Part shown: positions 26,021-36,109 of the stretch, one piece after another
Layout of the letters: the number at the start of each line of letters is the position of its first letter
Position numbering within the stretch: the stretch's first letter is position 1
From: a virus
Taxonomy: Duplodnaviria; Caudoviricetes
Virus record (IMG/VR): IMGVR_UViG_3300033067_000641
Coordinates: 1-58,093 of that record
Length of the DNA stretch: 58,093 nt
Reading direction: 5' to 3' (one strand)
Notes under the pieces: generated by a model
What the model was told of the DNA's origin: nothing
The model's input: the letters and a program-made list of their open reading frames with translations, nothing else
Databases searched by the model: none
Translations under genes and position numbers: made by a program

Positions 26021-28102
26021 TTACACCTGTTTCAGGCCGAACGGGGTCTCGGCGAGATGAATGGCACGGACGCGGGTGTTGCCCGTCACGCGCACTTCGA
26101 ACGTGTCTGACCGATACCCCGTGGGGAGGCGGAAGGGGGCCGAACTCGTGATCTGGTATGAGTAGATCAGGTTCTTGTTCACATACAAGCTGAACCCGAT
26201 ATACGTCCCAAGGGGCTGTATCGTCTGGATGTAGCTACCGGCGATGGGAACTGCGCTGAAGGGAGCCGCGCCGATCGCACCGCCAACGCGATTGCTCGTG
26301 ATCAGGGCTTGGTTGGCGACAATAGTTGCCGCGTTCTGTGCTGCGAGGATTGCGTCGTTGGGGTTTGACCCGTAATCGGCAACCACCCGTGCCGCGCCGA
26401 GGTTGATATAATCCTTCGTTACCATGACCTTGGACTTCCAGTCCATTGACCCGTATGGCTGTGTCGGGTCATCCCAGAGGTAGACGTTGGTACCATAGGC
26501 GTAGTACATCTTGGCGGCGAGTTGATCGTAGTACGCTGTCGTGAAAGTCTGGCTCAACTCGACAAGGTAGCCGCCGATCTGGTCGTTGCGCTCGAAAACG
26601 AAGCTGCCACTCGCGCTTGTCGCGAAATACCGTCCGTTGTACTGCCTGGCGACCAGAGTCGTAGGATCGACCGAGACCCGCCATGTGTCCCAGTCATGGA
26701 CGGCCTTCGTCAGGAGGTCGCCGCCAGAGGTCGCTGAGTACACCGCCAGACCGCCGGGAGTCGGGAACACGAGGCCATAGCCCATATTGACGACGCCCCG
26801 TTTCGACGTGCAGGTCAGCGTATAGTCCATGCGAGTCTTCGACATCACAGAGGGCACAGCCCCCTGCATCACCCACGGGTTCTTCTTGGTCAGGACGACG
26901 ATGGTCTGGCCCACATTGTCGATCGCCACGATGTCGGCGTCGAGCGACTGCTGATACTTCACTGGCCACGCATGGGGTTGGTTGGGCTCGCAGAAGCAGA
27001 CGGTGTTGCCGTAGAACCCCACCATCATGTTGTTGTGGATGGCCTTAATGCCCTGAAGGTTCGACGGGGGCATGTCGTAGTAGAGCGACGGCAGCGCAGT
27101 CGTCAGGGTGTTGGAGGCGAGTGTATCGACGTAGGACGTCGTGCCGAGGCTGATGTCAGCCACCTTGAAGTAGCTCGAACCAGACGCCGAGGTGACGGAC
27201 CTATAGAGCCGCAGCACCATACCCGCTGTCTGATAGACACCCCCCGCGTATGACCCAGTCGTCGGGAACGCAGATGGCAAGCCGGAAATAGTAACGGTTT
27301 GCCCCTCCTTGATGTAAAGCTGAGAGGAGGTCGGCGACGGGGCAGACTCCTCCCCCCACGCGGTCAGCCAAGTATAGACGTAGGTGCGAAGGTACGTTGC
27401 GCCCGAGAGATCCACCCGCGCTGCCGCGTCGGCCCCCGCCACGACCGCCGCACCGGGGCAGTAATAAGTGAAGGTCGTCGAATTGACAACGGTGATCTGG
27501 GCATTCGTCAGATTGAACGTCGTGTCTGCGAAGGTCGTGGTCGTAACCGACGCGCCGGAGTTGAGGCCATGCGGGGCAGACGTAACGATCGTCGCCGTGT
27601 TGCCGGAATCGCGAGCACGAGTCGAGATCGTCAGTGTAGTGAAACTGGTCGCAGCGACTGTTGGAGCCGTCGGAGGAATGGGGAACCCAAGGGTGTAATA
27701 ACTCGTCGGAGCCAGATCCGCCGTGGTGCCGTTACTGGTGGCCATCAGGTAGTTCGTTACCTTCGGCTCGCCGTTGCCGGTCGTATCCCCCGTGTAGTAG
27801 ATCCGCTGCGTCGAGTTGGACGCCATCGCCGCCTTCGCGACATCAACGTCGGTGTTCCACGAGAGCCATAGGTTCGCCGTGATGCCCTTGCCTTGGATAT
27901 TGCTCGTATCAGTCAGAGGATAGATGGTGTTGATCGTCCCCGTGCGAGCGAGCGCCTTCTCCAAAGAGGACTGGCTGAACGGGATCAAGTCACCGGAGTA
28001 CAGCTTGGTGTTGTAGGCGAACTGCGCCGCCGTGTCTGGGAGGTTCTCCCCCGAGATCTTCGGTGCTTCACCAAGGAACTTGACGATCTTTACGGCTGAC
28101 AT
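26021..28102 (-). CDS. Tail hub/stabilisation protein (P22 gp10/T7 gp12 analogue)
   Basis: 693 aa. Motifs FLGEAP, YVYTW...EESAPSP, EPNQPHAWP, WKSK, FRLPTGY. Confidence 0.75.
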   Translation of the reverse strand: MSAVKIVKFLGEAPKISGENLPDTAAQFAYNTKLYSGDLIPFSQSSLEKALARTGTINTIYPLTDTSNIQGKGITANLWLSWNTDVDVAKAAMASNSTQRIYYTGDTTGNGEPKVTNYLMATSNGTTADLAPTSYYTLGFPIPPTAPTVAATSFTTLTISTRARDSGNTATIVTSAPHGLNSGASVTTTTFADTTFNLTNAQITVVNSTTFTYYCPGAAVVAGADAAARVDLSGATYLRTYVYTWLTAWGEESAPSPTSSQLYIKEGQTVTISGLPSAFPTTGSYAGGVYQTAGMVLRLYRSVTSASGSSYFKVADISLGTTSYVDTLASNTLTTALPSLYYDMPPSNLQGIKAIHNNMMVGFYGNTVCFCEPNQPHAWPVKYQQSLDADIVAIDNVGQTIVVLTKKNPWVMQGAVPSVMSKTRMDYTLTCTSKRGVVNMGYGLVFPTPGGLAVYSATSGGDLLTKAVHDWDTWRVSVDPTTLVARQYNGRYFATSASGSFVFERNDQIGGYLVELSQTFTTAYYDQLAAKMYYAYGTNVYLWDDPTQPYGSMDWKSKVMVTKDYINLGAARVVADYGSNPNDAILAAQNAATIVANQALITSNRVGGAIGAAPFSAVPIAGSYIQTIQPLGTYIGFSLYVNKNLIYSYQITSSAPFRLPTGYRSDTFEVRVTGNTRVRAIHLAETPFGLKQV

Positions 28103-28407
28103 TTCGGGTGCCCCTCGTTCTTGGCCGCACCTTCGCAGTGCCCCGCTTGAATCTTGTCAAGGAGCCAGCACAGACATACCCAAGGCTGGGCAGTTGCGAC
28201 TCCGCATTCGGCGCTCAAGGTGTAGTAGCCACTAAACCCGAGTACTGCCGCCAGTGTTTTGTCCATCGCCCGCAGCACGTTGCGCCCGTATTCGACTTCA
28301 TCGAATAGGATAGCCAAGAGCGACACGATCACCGACGCTATGGCACCGATGGAAAACGGCAACCACAGGATCAGGATAAGCGCGACTTTCTTGGCTATGG
28401 GGTTCAC
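28090..28407 (-). CDS. Small membrane-anchored protein
   Basis: N-terminal TM segment, TLSAECG...HC. Confidence 0.65.
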   Translation of the reverse strand: MNPIAKKVALILILWLPFSIGAIASVIVSLLAILFDEVEYGRNVLRAMDKTLAAVLGFSGYYTLSAECGVATAQPWVCLCWLLDKIQAGHCEGAAKNEGHPKCQP

Positions 28408-28838
28408 AGCTTGGCTCGCAGTTCGATGGTCTTCAGGTTAAACTCCCACATCTTCTTGAATCCCGGTGCGTAGTGCGAGTCGTTGGGGTCGAGCAGTTGC
28501 TCCTTGGTGATGCCCTGTCCCGCCGCCGTCAGGATGAACGACTGGATCAGAAACTCACGGGTTACGCGGGGCATCAGGTTCGCCTGCTCAAGCGCAGTCA
28601 GTTCGGCGAGTGCCTTGGACTTGCGCTGTTGATCTAGTTGCTCCTGCGACTTCGGGGTGACGATCAGATAAGGCGCATCGTCGATCTCTTGATTGTAGTT
28701 CGTCTCGTCATCCCCACGGATAGGGTCGGGGATTTCTTCGTACAGTTCTGCGGGGACTCGGACGTACTGTGTACCTGCTGCATCCACGTACTGCTGGTAG
28801 GGATTGCAACGCTTGAGTGTGTCACGCCATACAAACAT
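28404..28838 (-). CDS. Putative tail fibre assembly/chaperone protein
   Basis: Directly downstream of the fibre gene. RBS AAGGA. Confidence 0.55.
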   Translation of the reverse strand: MFVWRDTLKRCNPYQQYVDAAGTQYVRVPAELYEEIPDPIRGDDETNYNQEIDDAPYLIVTPKSQEQLDQQRKSKALAELTALEQANLMPRVTREFLIQSFILTAAGQGITKEQLLDPNDSHYAPGFKKMWEFNLKTIELRAKL

Positions 28839-28850
28839 TTTGGTTTCCTT

Positions 28851-31103
28851 TTAACGAGCAGGGGCGGGGCTGACGTTGCTGCCATCGAATGGGTTACGGG
28901 CATAGCTGATTGCTGCATACGCATCAGCCGCATTTGCAATAGTTGCAGAACGGTGCTTGATTCCATTGCTAACAATATCAACTCCGGTAGCTGCCGCAGT
29001 TGCCGCCGTGGTGTTCAGCAGCAGATATGAGGCGGTCGGGTTGTAGGCATCAATCAAGTCGGAGAACAGGTAGAACCCTGTAGTCGCTACCAAGTCCTTT
29101 TCTATCTGAATCTGCGGCCTTTGGCCTGCCCACTCGAACGCTCCATTGGTACTGCCATTTCCTGTAAAGCCGAGCATTGCCAGAAGTCCAGTAATGTCGG
29201 AGAACAAGATGTAGCGATAGACCGCTGCATTTGCATTAGCATTGTTCGTCGCGTTGTTCGTCACCATGAACTGCGTACTTGACCAGTTTCCAGTTCCCCA
29301 AGGGGTGTTGGTATTTGACTGTACTGGAGGGGTCGCGGAATCAATGATGGTGAAGTACGCCGCGCTAGTCATCTTGGTATGCCAGAAGAACCAGTCGCCC
29401 GAGGCTTCATTCTTCACAATGCCGCATGTCGGCGCTTTCCCGAGACTATGAGAAATGTTCCTGTTCGACGTGTTGTCACCTGTATAGGTTCCGGTCACAC
29501 AGCCGTAAGTCGCTTCTGCTTGAATGGCAAGTCCTAGATACGTTCCGGACGATGGTGCGCTCCACGCAACTTTCGCCGCATTGGTATTGCAGGCCATCAT
29601 GTTGCCGGTATCTGACGAGAAGCGGAATTTCCAATCTTCCGTTGTGTCAGTGCGCTTGAATATCTCTATCCAATTCGTCCAACTTGCACGATCAGAGGCG
29701 ATATTCGCAGCAATTCCGCTACCAGACTCCCAACGGTGCTTGATGCCAGTGGCGGGATTAGCTATCGCCACCGCAGGAAGGTTCGCGGTGCAGAGGGACT
29801 TGAAGCCCGTAGGTGGTGTGTAGGTGAAGGGCCGCTGGCCAAAGTTGAAATCCTGCTGAGCGGCAGAGCCGTCAAAATCGTCGTGATACAAGGAACCTGA
29901 CGGAGCAACTATCCCGCTGATACCATTGAAGGCGTACCCTGTACCCGCCGCAGGATCACCAGAGTTCTGCCACGTCCCGTTCTTGCGGAAGTAGAGCTTG
30001 CCATTGTCTGCATCATAGGCAACGCCGATCACGTCGCCAGTTGACCAAGACGCACCGTAAGCCGAACTGCTGCTGTTGTTGTTCTTATTGCCACTGGATT
30101 GCAGATAGACCCAACTGGTCGCAATCGCACCACTGCCCGCGCCGCCGCCAGCAGAGAATGCCGTATTGGGCGTATCAATGCCAATCGTACAGATCGCCCG
30201 CGAGTTTTGCGTCGCGGTCTGCGTAATCTCCCAATACCACTTGCCCGACGACACTCCGAAGGTGCCGCGCCAGCCAAGCGTTCCTGCCGCCGATGCCGTG
30301 TTGTAAAGCGCAAGCCCGCCATTCAACACGATCAAGTTGCCGTACTGATCCAGTCCGTTTGGAGTGCAGTAGTTATTCGTCGGCGTATCCACCATGCTGT
30401 CATACGTCACGCCAGCGGTCACGCTGATGTTGTTCGTGTTCCAGTAGTTGCCGTTACCGCTAACGTCCTTGCCGAGTCCGACGTTGCTGCCAGCGGTTAG
30501 GTTGGCATCTTTGAAGTCGAGGTGGAACCCGTTGTTACCGTAGGTTCCTGTGTAGGCTTTGGGAATCCATACGCCGTTGGAGTCGGTTTGGCCGAAGGAT
30601 GAAGGTGTTAGTGCTTGGCCGTCGATGAAGTAGGTATCAGCAAAATACCCATCGGTGTAGGCCGTCGTATTCGCTGCGCCGAACTGGTGAGCAACCGCCG
30701 TATTGAACACTGCACTGACCGTTGCACTTGTCCCTACGGAAGTTCCATTCACATAAAGCGTTGCCGCGCCAGTCGTTTGCTTATAGACAATGTGATACCA
30801 CGCAGAAGGATCACGAAATAATGACGTCGTAGTGATCGTTGCTGACCCTGCTAGTGTTACAACAAGTGCATCACCTGTCGAGAATCCAATGGTGTTGTTG
30901 GTCGATACGCCGAAGAAGTTCTGCAACGTCCCTGAAAAGCATTTGCTGTGCTTGACCCAACAGGACAAGGTGAAAGTATTCTGCGTTGTAGGAGCACCAA
31001 ATGTCCTACTGAAATACGCACTCGCACTCGCACGAAGGCGAACGGAGTTGGTGATTTGGTAGGACGCCCCTGCACCCCCCGCGACCATGCCGAACGGTAG
31101 CAT
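28851..31103 (-). CDS. Tail fibre/receptor-binding protein with LamG-like and SPRY-like domains
   Basis: Start MLPFGM at 31103 (TAATG coupling). FTLSCWVK..WYHIV (LamG-like) and SGKWYWE...GDVIGVAYD...GKLYFRKNG (SPRY-like). Confidence 0.8.
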   Translation of the reverse strand: MLPFGMVAGGAGASYQITNSVRLRASASAYFSRTFGAPTTQNTFTLSCWVKHSKCFSGTLQNFFGVSTNNTIGFSTGDALVVTLAGSATITTTSLFRDPSAWYHIVYKQTTGAATLYVNGTSVGTSATVSAVFNTAVAHQFGAANTTAYTDGYFADTYFIDGQALTPSSFGQTDSNGVWIPKAYTGTYGNNGFHLDFKDANLTAGSNVGLGKDVSGNGNYWNTNNISVTAGVTYDSMVDTPTNNYCTPNGLDQYGNLIVLNGGLALYNTASAAGTLGWRGTFGVSSGKWYWEITQTATQNSRAICTIGIDTPNTAFSAGGGAGSGAIATSWVYLQSSGNKNNNSSSSAYGASWSTGDVIGVAYDADNGKLYFRKNGTWQNSGDPAAGTGYAFNGISGIVAPSGSLYHDDFDGSAAQQDFNFGQRPFTYTPPTGFKSLCTANLPAVAIANPATGIKHRWESGSGIAANIASDRASWTNWIEIFKRTDTTEDWKFRFSSDTGNMMACNTNAAKVAWSAPSSGTYLGLAIQAEATYGCVTGTYTGDNTSNRNISHSLGKAPTCGIVKNEASGDWFFWHTKMTSAAYFTIIDSATPPVQSNTNTPWGTGNWSSTQFMVTNNATNNANANAAVYRYILFSDITGLLAMLGFTGNGSTNGAFEWAGQRPQIQIEKDLVATTGFYLFSDLIDAYNPTASYLLLNTTAATAAATGVDIVSNGIKHRSATIANAADAYAAISYARNPFDGSNVSPAPAR

Positions 31104-31474
31104 TACGCCCTCGTACTGGAGGAGTTGGAAACAAGCATCACCTTGGGCACAGCGTTGACCAACACGCACTTGAAAATCAGCACGTTGCTGTAGCCCGCCG
31201 TGGAGTTCAGCGTGATGCCCGACACGTTGATGAACATCGACCCGAACGCGACGGTCGTGCTCGTCCCTTGGATGATCTCCAACATGGCCATGCGCCCGTT
31301 CTTCCAACCCATCGGATTGGCGATGGTCGTAGTGGTTTGCGTGAGTGTCAGTTCCGCGTTTTGCTGAGTCCTCAAGTCCCAGTTCACCGTAGGTGCGGAG
31401 TTGAGCGTCCGAACCAACAGCGTCTGGGCCTCGGCGTAGTCGCCCGTCTTATCGGGGAAGCCGAACTGTTCCAT
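31103..31474 (-). CDS. Tail fibre-associated protein
   Basis: Beta-rich, starts MEQFGF, coupled to the fibre gene. Confidence 0.65.
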   Translation of the reverse strand: MEQFGFPDKTGDYAEAQTLLVRTLNSAPTVNWDLRTQQNAELTLTQTTTTIANPMGWKNGRMAMLEIIQGTSTTVAFGSMFINVSGITLNSTAGYSNVLIFKCVLVNAVPKVMLVSNSSSTRA

Positions 31475-31476
31475 GA

Positions 31477-31947
31477 TTACAGGTCCGTGCCGAACGCGCC
31501 AACTGCCAGAGCGCAAGCCGTACCGCCCATCGCCGTAGGAGTGCCGACGTAGACCTTGTAGCCTGCGGGCAGCTTCAGGAACAATGGGATTTCGAACCCG
31601 CCGTTCGCTGCTACAGCCGACGGAGTCCATGCGGGCACGGGAATATCGGCAACGAGCAGGTTGTTCGTCGCGGTAGTGTTGGTTGAACCGTTGTTGATCC
31701 ACACGCGAAGCGCAGTGGCATTCGACGTGCCGGACGGTGCCGCACCCGCCGTACCCGAGTAGCGAGCGATGACCTTCTCAACGGTGCCGCCGTTGGCCCC
31801 CACGGTATAGACCAGAGCGAGCGCGGTGCCCGCCGTATCCGTACCGTCGAATGCCTTGGTGGAAGTCAGGGCGGTGGAAAGCAGAACGCCCATCACGCCT
31901 GCATTGACGGTCTGGGCAGTGATTACAGCATTGGGGGTAGTGGCCAT
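31477..31947 (-). CDS. Tail-associated structural protein
   Basis: Thr/Ala/Gly-rich in-operon ORF. Confidence 0.7.
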   Translation of the reverse strand: MATTPNAVITAQTVNAGVMGVLLSTALTSTKAFDGTDTAGTALALVYTVGANGGTVEKVIARYSGTAGAAPSGTSNATALRVWINNGSTNTTATNNLLVADIPVPAWTPSAVAANGGFEIPLFLKLPAGYKVYVGTPTAMGGTACALAVGAFGTDL

Positions 31948-31950
31948 GAT

Positions 31951-32400
31951 TTAGACTCCGAATTGTTGAAGCGTTGATAGCGCGGGGAGCGGGCTACCCC
32001 AACTCACTGCTGACCCATTTGTGGTGAGAACCTGTCCGTTCTTGTTCGCCTGCGCGGGGAACGACGCGGCGATGGTCGCTACATAGTCCTGAAAGTTCTG
32101 TAGCGTCAGCGGAACGTAGAACGCCGAGCCGGACGCGAACGACGCCTTCGCAGTCGAACCTTCCGCACCCCGTGCCACCGTCAGCGTAGCGTTACCAGTT
32201 GCCGCCGTAGCCGAGCGAACCTTGACGATCTCCCAGTTACCCGAGGTGTCTTGGATGACAGCGTAGTAATAGTTCGCGTCGAGCACCGCGCCGATATTCG
32301 GCAGCGAATCTGCCGCAGTGACGGCGACAGTCGTGGCAATTGCCGATGAGATCGGACTGGCTAGTGTGGTCTGCGGGAAGTTTGCAAGCATCAGTGCCAT
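31951..32400 (-). CDS. Tail fibre anchor-like protein
   Basis: EIVKV...LTVARGAEGSTA motif. Confidence 0.65.
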   Translation of the reverse strand: MALMLANFPQTTLASPISSAIATTVAVTAADSLPNIGAVLDANYYYAVIQDTSGNWEIVKVRSATAATGNATLTVARGAEGSTAKASFASGSAFYVPLTLQNFQDYVATIAASFPAQANKNGQVLTTNGSAVSWGSPLPALSTLQQFGV

Positions 32401-32409
32401 GATTGTTCC

Positions 32410-33327
32410 TTATGCCCAAGGTCGCATGACGACCATGAGGTTTCCGCGACCGAAGCCCTTGTTGGCTTTGGCCTTCGCCGTATTCAAGAAAAACTCCCAC
32501 TGCTTACCGTGATACGTCGCGAGCTTGTCGTTCGACCACGGGCGTCCGGGTAGCATCATCAACTCATGCACAGTGCCGTGGAACATCGCCCGTTTGTAAA
32601 GCCGGATCAGGTTGTCTTCTGCATTGACCGCCGAGTCTAGTGGCCGAATCGCCACGTCAATCTGTGCAGTGTAGGTGTAGAGATTGTCAGGCACGGGAGC
32701 CACGCACAGCGTACCGGGAGCCATCTGGAACGCCACCGTCGGGATGCCTTCCGCCGCTGCGTTCGGCCAGTCGGGGTACATCCGCATCGCCTGCTCGTAG
32801 GGTACGAACGGGATCGTGACCCGAGTCGCCATCGTGGAGTAGGTATAGGAGCCAACCACCGTCGCATTGCCCGCAGGGACCGCTGCCATCGGATAGGAGA
32901 ACGATGTCGTGCTGATCACCGTGACCGGAGCCGCAACGACCGTATAGGTGGCTGGAGTTGTGCCAGAGACCGTAACGAAATTGCCGGTGGCCAGATTGTG
33001 CGCCGTAGCGGTCACTACAGTCGCCACTGCGTTCGAATAAGTGATCGAGTTGATCGTCGCCCCGGCTACTGACGCAGTCGATCGAATCAACTGGATGTCC
33101 GAGATCGGAAGCAGAACCTCCGAGTCGGTAGGATACGGGCTCGTCAGGGCATACGTCGAGACATGCGGGACGAGGTTGAACGGGGCAAGCATCACGCGCC
33201 ATCCAAGCGTCCGGTCGCACAAGTCCGTGTAGATCTTCCTCAGATAGAACGCAATGACTGCTGTAGGGCACCCATCTACATGCGGCGCGATGTCGGTCAC
33301 ATAGCTGGTGAAAGGTTGGAGAGCCAT
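32410..33327 (-). CDS. Head-tail adaptor-like protein with an inserted beta-rich module
   Basis: VDGCP...LCDRT, VAPVPD, MLPGRPWS. Insert ATVVTATAHNLATGNFVTVSG. Confidence 0.65.
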   Translation of the reverse strand: MALQPFTSYVTDIAPHVDGCPTAVIAFYLRKIYTDLCDRTLGWRVMLAPFNLVPHVSTYALTSPYPTDSEVLLPISDIQLIRSTASVAGATINSITYSNAVATVVTATAHNLATGNFVTVSGTTPATYTVVAAPVTVISTTSFSYPMAAVPAGNATVVGSYTYSTMATRVTIPFVPYEQAMRMYPDWPNAAAEGIPTVAFQMAPGTLCVAPVPDNLYTYTAQIDVAIRPLDSAVNAEDNLIRLYKRAMFHGTVHELMMLPGRPWSNDKLATYHGKQWEFFLNTAKAKANKGFGRGNLMVVMRPWA

Positions 33328-33980
33328 TACGACACCACCTGATCGGGTTTGAGACCGCCTTCCGGCGTATCAGTGACCGGCTTGACCTGCGCCGTGAAGC
33401 CGAGAAGCTGTTGGAAGGACTGCTGAAACATCTCGGCTCGCTTGTTCGCCACGCTCTCATTGTCGTAGCTTTCGATCCACCAGACGACGCAGTCCACCAA
33501 CGCGGGGAAATAGGCGTCGGAGATCGTTGCTACGGTTTGCCCGAGGGTGTAGACAGGGGGGGCCTGCGCGTAATCGAGGACGAGTTGCTGACCTGCCGGT
33601 GAGGGGGGATACAGGAAAAACTGGTAGGGATTGCGAACATCACGCATCCAGTCCTGCGCCGATCCAGTCACACCGATTTGCCATGTGCTTAACGCAAGGT
33701 CAAGGGTCTGACGATTTACTTCATTGACATTCACCCCGCTGACGACTTGCAGAATGTCGATCACCCGGATGCAATCCGCAGGCAGCGGTTGTCGCACTCC
33801 GAGGATACAAGTGTAGGTAGTAGAGACTGCGAACAGGTCTGGCCGTAAAAGGGCGATGCGTTTGAGGCAGTGATTCACCGCCCGCAGGATATGGGCGTCG
33901 TCATAGCGGTACGGAGCCAGTTCGTCCTGACAAGCCGCCCTGACTTCAGTTATTACGTCCTGCGTGGTGAACGTGGCCAT
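33327..33980 (-). CDS. Head-tail adaptor (DUF6682-like)
   Basis: IALLRPD, FFLYPP, ALVD...ES...RAEMF. Confidence 0.7.
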   Translation of the reverse strand: MATFTTQDVITEVRAACQDELAPYRYDDAHILRAVNHCLKRIALLRPDLFAVSTTYTCILGVRQPLPADCIRVIDILQVVSGVNVNEVNRQTLDLALSTWQIGVTGSAQDWMRDVRNPYQFFLYPPSPAGQQLVLDYAQAPPVYTLGQTVATISDAYFPALVDCVVWWIESYDNESVANKRAEMFQQSFQQLLGFTAQVKPVTDTPEGGLKPDQVVS

Positions 33981-34249
33981 TACACACCTTTCGCCGCCAA
34001 CCCTCTGGTCGCATCAACGCTCAACGCTTCGTCTGCATTGAGAACTCCAACGATTTCTTCTACTTTCGCCTTGCGGCCACCGCGCTTCGCAGCGACGACA
34101 TCCTCGGTTACGACCTTCTCGGGCTCGGCAATCGGCAGGGGGGCTCCGGTGGCGTCGGCACACTCGACAAACCCATCTTCTGTTGCAAACCGCGCCTGCC
34201 AAATGAAAACTTGGCCGGTAGGTACATGCTTAAGGAATCGATCCGCCAT
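33980..34249 (-). CDS. Small virion-operon protein, paralogue of 34230-34418
   Basis: MADRFLKHVPTGQVFIWQARF, RBS GGAGG. Confidence 0.7.
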   Translation of the reverse strand: MADRFLKHVPTGQVFIWQARFATEDGFVECADATGAPLPIAEPEKVVTEDVVAAKRGGRKAKVEEIVGVLNADEALSVDATRGLAAKGV

Positions 34250-34418
34250 CGCTAGGAGCCTCCACAATTGTTGGTTCGACCGGGGCAACCTCCGGTTGGG
34301 GGTAGCCAAAAGTCTCTCCGGTAATGTCTGTCACCGGCATGAAATCTGGTTCGGAAAACTGGGGCTGATATACATAGACTACGCCCGTACTGATGTGCTT
34401 CACATATCGATCTGTCAT
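34230..34418 (-). CDS. Small virion-operon protein
   Basis: MTDRYVKHISTGVVYVYQPQF, RBS GAGG. Confidence 0.7.
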   Translation of the reverse strand: MTDRYVKHISTGVVYVYQPQFSEPDFMPVTDITGETFGYPQPEVAPVEPTIVEAPSDGGSIP

Positions 34419-34432
34419 AACACACCTCTGCT

Positions 34433-34460
34433 AAGAAACGGGGGGCCGGAACCCCCCGTA
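34433..34460 (-). terminator. Intrinsic terminator after the capsid genes
   Basis: Minus strand ACGGGGGG-TTCCGG-CCCCCCGT followed by TTCTT. Confidence 0.7.
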
Positions 34461-34473
34461 TTCTATCTCTGCT

Positions 34474-35124
34474 TTAGTTGCCCAGAGCGGTGAAGCCCAG
34501 ACGCATGCGGAACTTGCCACCCATGCAGTACGTCGCGCCAGTGATGGCCGCGATGAGCACACGAACAACGTAGACCGACGCGGTCGGGATGGTGCCGGAA
34601 GTGATCGGGGTCAGCGACGGAAGCGCGTAACCCGCGTTCATAAACGACATCAGGCAGGTGCCCAGAGGAGCAGTCTGCACCAACTGGTTGGTGGTAGCGA
34701 ACGTGGTGTTCGACGCAGTATAGGCAGTTGCGCCAGTACCGACAGCCACGGCAGACTGGCGGTCAGCCATTTGCACCAGAGCCGTACCCACGCTGATGGT
34801 CATCGAAGTGATCGCAGTGCTGTACCCGATCGGAAGGACGTCGGGGGTAGGTGCGTTCGGATCGAGGATCAGTTGGAAGGCATTGACGATCGAGTTGCCG
34901 GGCAGAATCGCGACGTCGATGGTGTCGTTCACCGCCACGCCACGGTTGGTGTTCGGCAGGGTCGATTGCTGGCCCAACTGCGTCAGCGCGTTGTTGCTGC
35001 CGATCTGGGACAGGTCGACCGTGATTTCCATAGTCTCCTGACCGCCGATGGCTCCATCACCACGAATGGTGGGGAAGACCGTCGAGAGCAGACGGCCCTT
35101 TTGATCCAAAATAAAATTTGCCAT
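34474..35124 (-). CDS. Putative capsid decoration/minor capsid protein
   Basis: Immediately after the major capsid gene, strong RBS, beta-rich. Confidence 0.6.
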   Translation of the reverse strand: MANFILDQKGRLLSTVFPTIRGDGAIGGQETMEITVDLSQIGSNNALTQLGQQSTLPNTNRGVAVNDTIDVAILPGNSIVNAFQLILDPNAPTPDVLPIGYSTAITSMTISVGTALVQMADRQSAVAVGTGATAYTASNTTFATTNQLVQTAPLGTCLMSFMNAGYALPSLTPITSGTIPTASVYVVRVLIAAITGATYCMGGKFRMRLGFTALGN

Positions 35125-35151
35125 GATCTAGTTCCTTTCTGAAATGGCGGA

Positions 35152-36075
35152 TTAGGCGCGGGCGTACAGCTTGACCAGAGCTTCGGGCTTGACCACTTGG
35201 TAGCCATACACTTGCAGGCCCCGGATGATCGTGCCGAAAGTCGATTCGGCGCGCAGATTCTCCATGTTGGTCATCTGCGAAGCGAAGGTCAGACCCATCT
35301 TGTGACCGGCCAGAACCGAGAAGCACTGGTTGCCGGTGTCGACAACGCGGTTCAGGTTGTGGCTGACATAGACCGTGAAGCGGTCGATCATGCCCAAACG
35401 GCCATTGCGGACCGGAGTCACGGAGTCGCCGGTCAGACTAGCGTCCTTGACATCCGACTTCTTGATCATGCCCGCCATCCAAGCCGGGAGGATCAGCCAA
35501 CGGTCGGACTCAGGGGTGTTGGCCTCGTCCAGAACCGTGCCCATATCGACGATGTAGTCGATGATGTTGGTCTTGGTGACTTGAACCGGAGTGCCGGTCA
35601 CGCCGAGGTTGATGTTGCCGGAGATACGACCTGCGGCAGAGCCCATGTTCAGGGCCGAGATGCCAGTCAGCAGGGTCGAAGAACCCAGAACCTTCTGGTC
35701 GATCTTGATCTTCATCTTCTCGGAGGCGTCACGCGCCCAAGCATCGAGCAGATTGACGTCGGCTTGGATCTTGTCCACGTCGTCTTCGACGGCAGCGAAG
35801 TAGTCGCCTTGGTCGATGTTCAACGTGAGCTTCGGCTTGTCAGGGCGCTCGACCTGAAGCTGCATGCCCTTCTGATAATCGCGGATGGTCAGTTCCGGCG
35901 TGGTGCGGATATTGACCTTGTCGCCGAAGCCGGTGATCTCGCCTTCGTAATCGGTGTTGGAAATTGCGGCCAGAACCGTTGCATCGTAAAAGTTCACGAT
36001 CAGTTTGGACGCCCAGATTTCGGGAATGAAATTGCCGGTGTAGTTTGCATTTCCGGCTACGACGGGAAACGGCAT
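35152..36075 (-). CDS. Major capsid protein
   Basis: FIPEIWAS...NTDYEGEI..GDKVNI...IRGLQVYG. Confidence 0.92.
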   Translation of the reverse strand: MPFPVVAGNANYTGNFIPEIWASKLIVNFYDATVLAAISNTDYEGEITGFGDKVNIRTTPELTIRDYQKGMQLQVERPDKPKLTLNIDQGDYFAAVEDDVDKIQADVNLLDAWARDASEKMKIKIDQKVLGSSTLLTGISALNMGSAAGRISGNINLGVTGTPVQVTKTNIIDYIVDMGTVLDEANTPESDRWLILPAWMAGMIKKSDVKDASLTGDSVTPVRNGRLGMIDRFTVYVSHNLNRVVDTGNQCFSVLAGHKMGLTFASQMTNMENLRAESTFGTIIRGLQVYGYQVVKPEALVKLYARA

Positions 36076-36109
36076 GATGTATCTCCTAATTCAAATGAGG
36101 GGTAGCGCG

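Noticed and set aside
28851-31103. Diversity-generating retroelement at the tail fibre
   Set aside because: No reverse transcriptase and no TR/VR pair seen.
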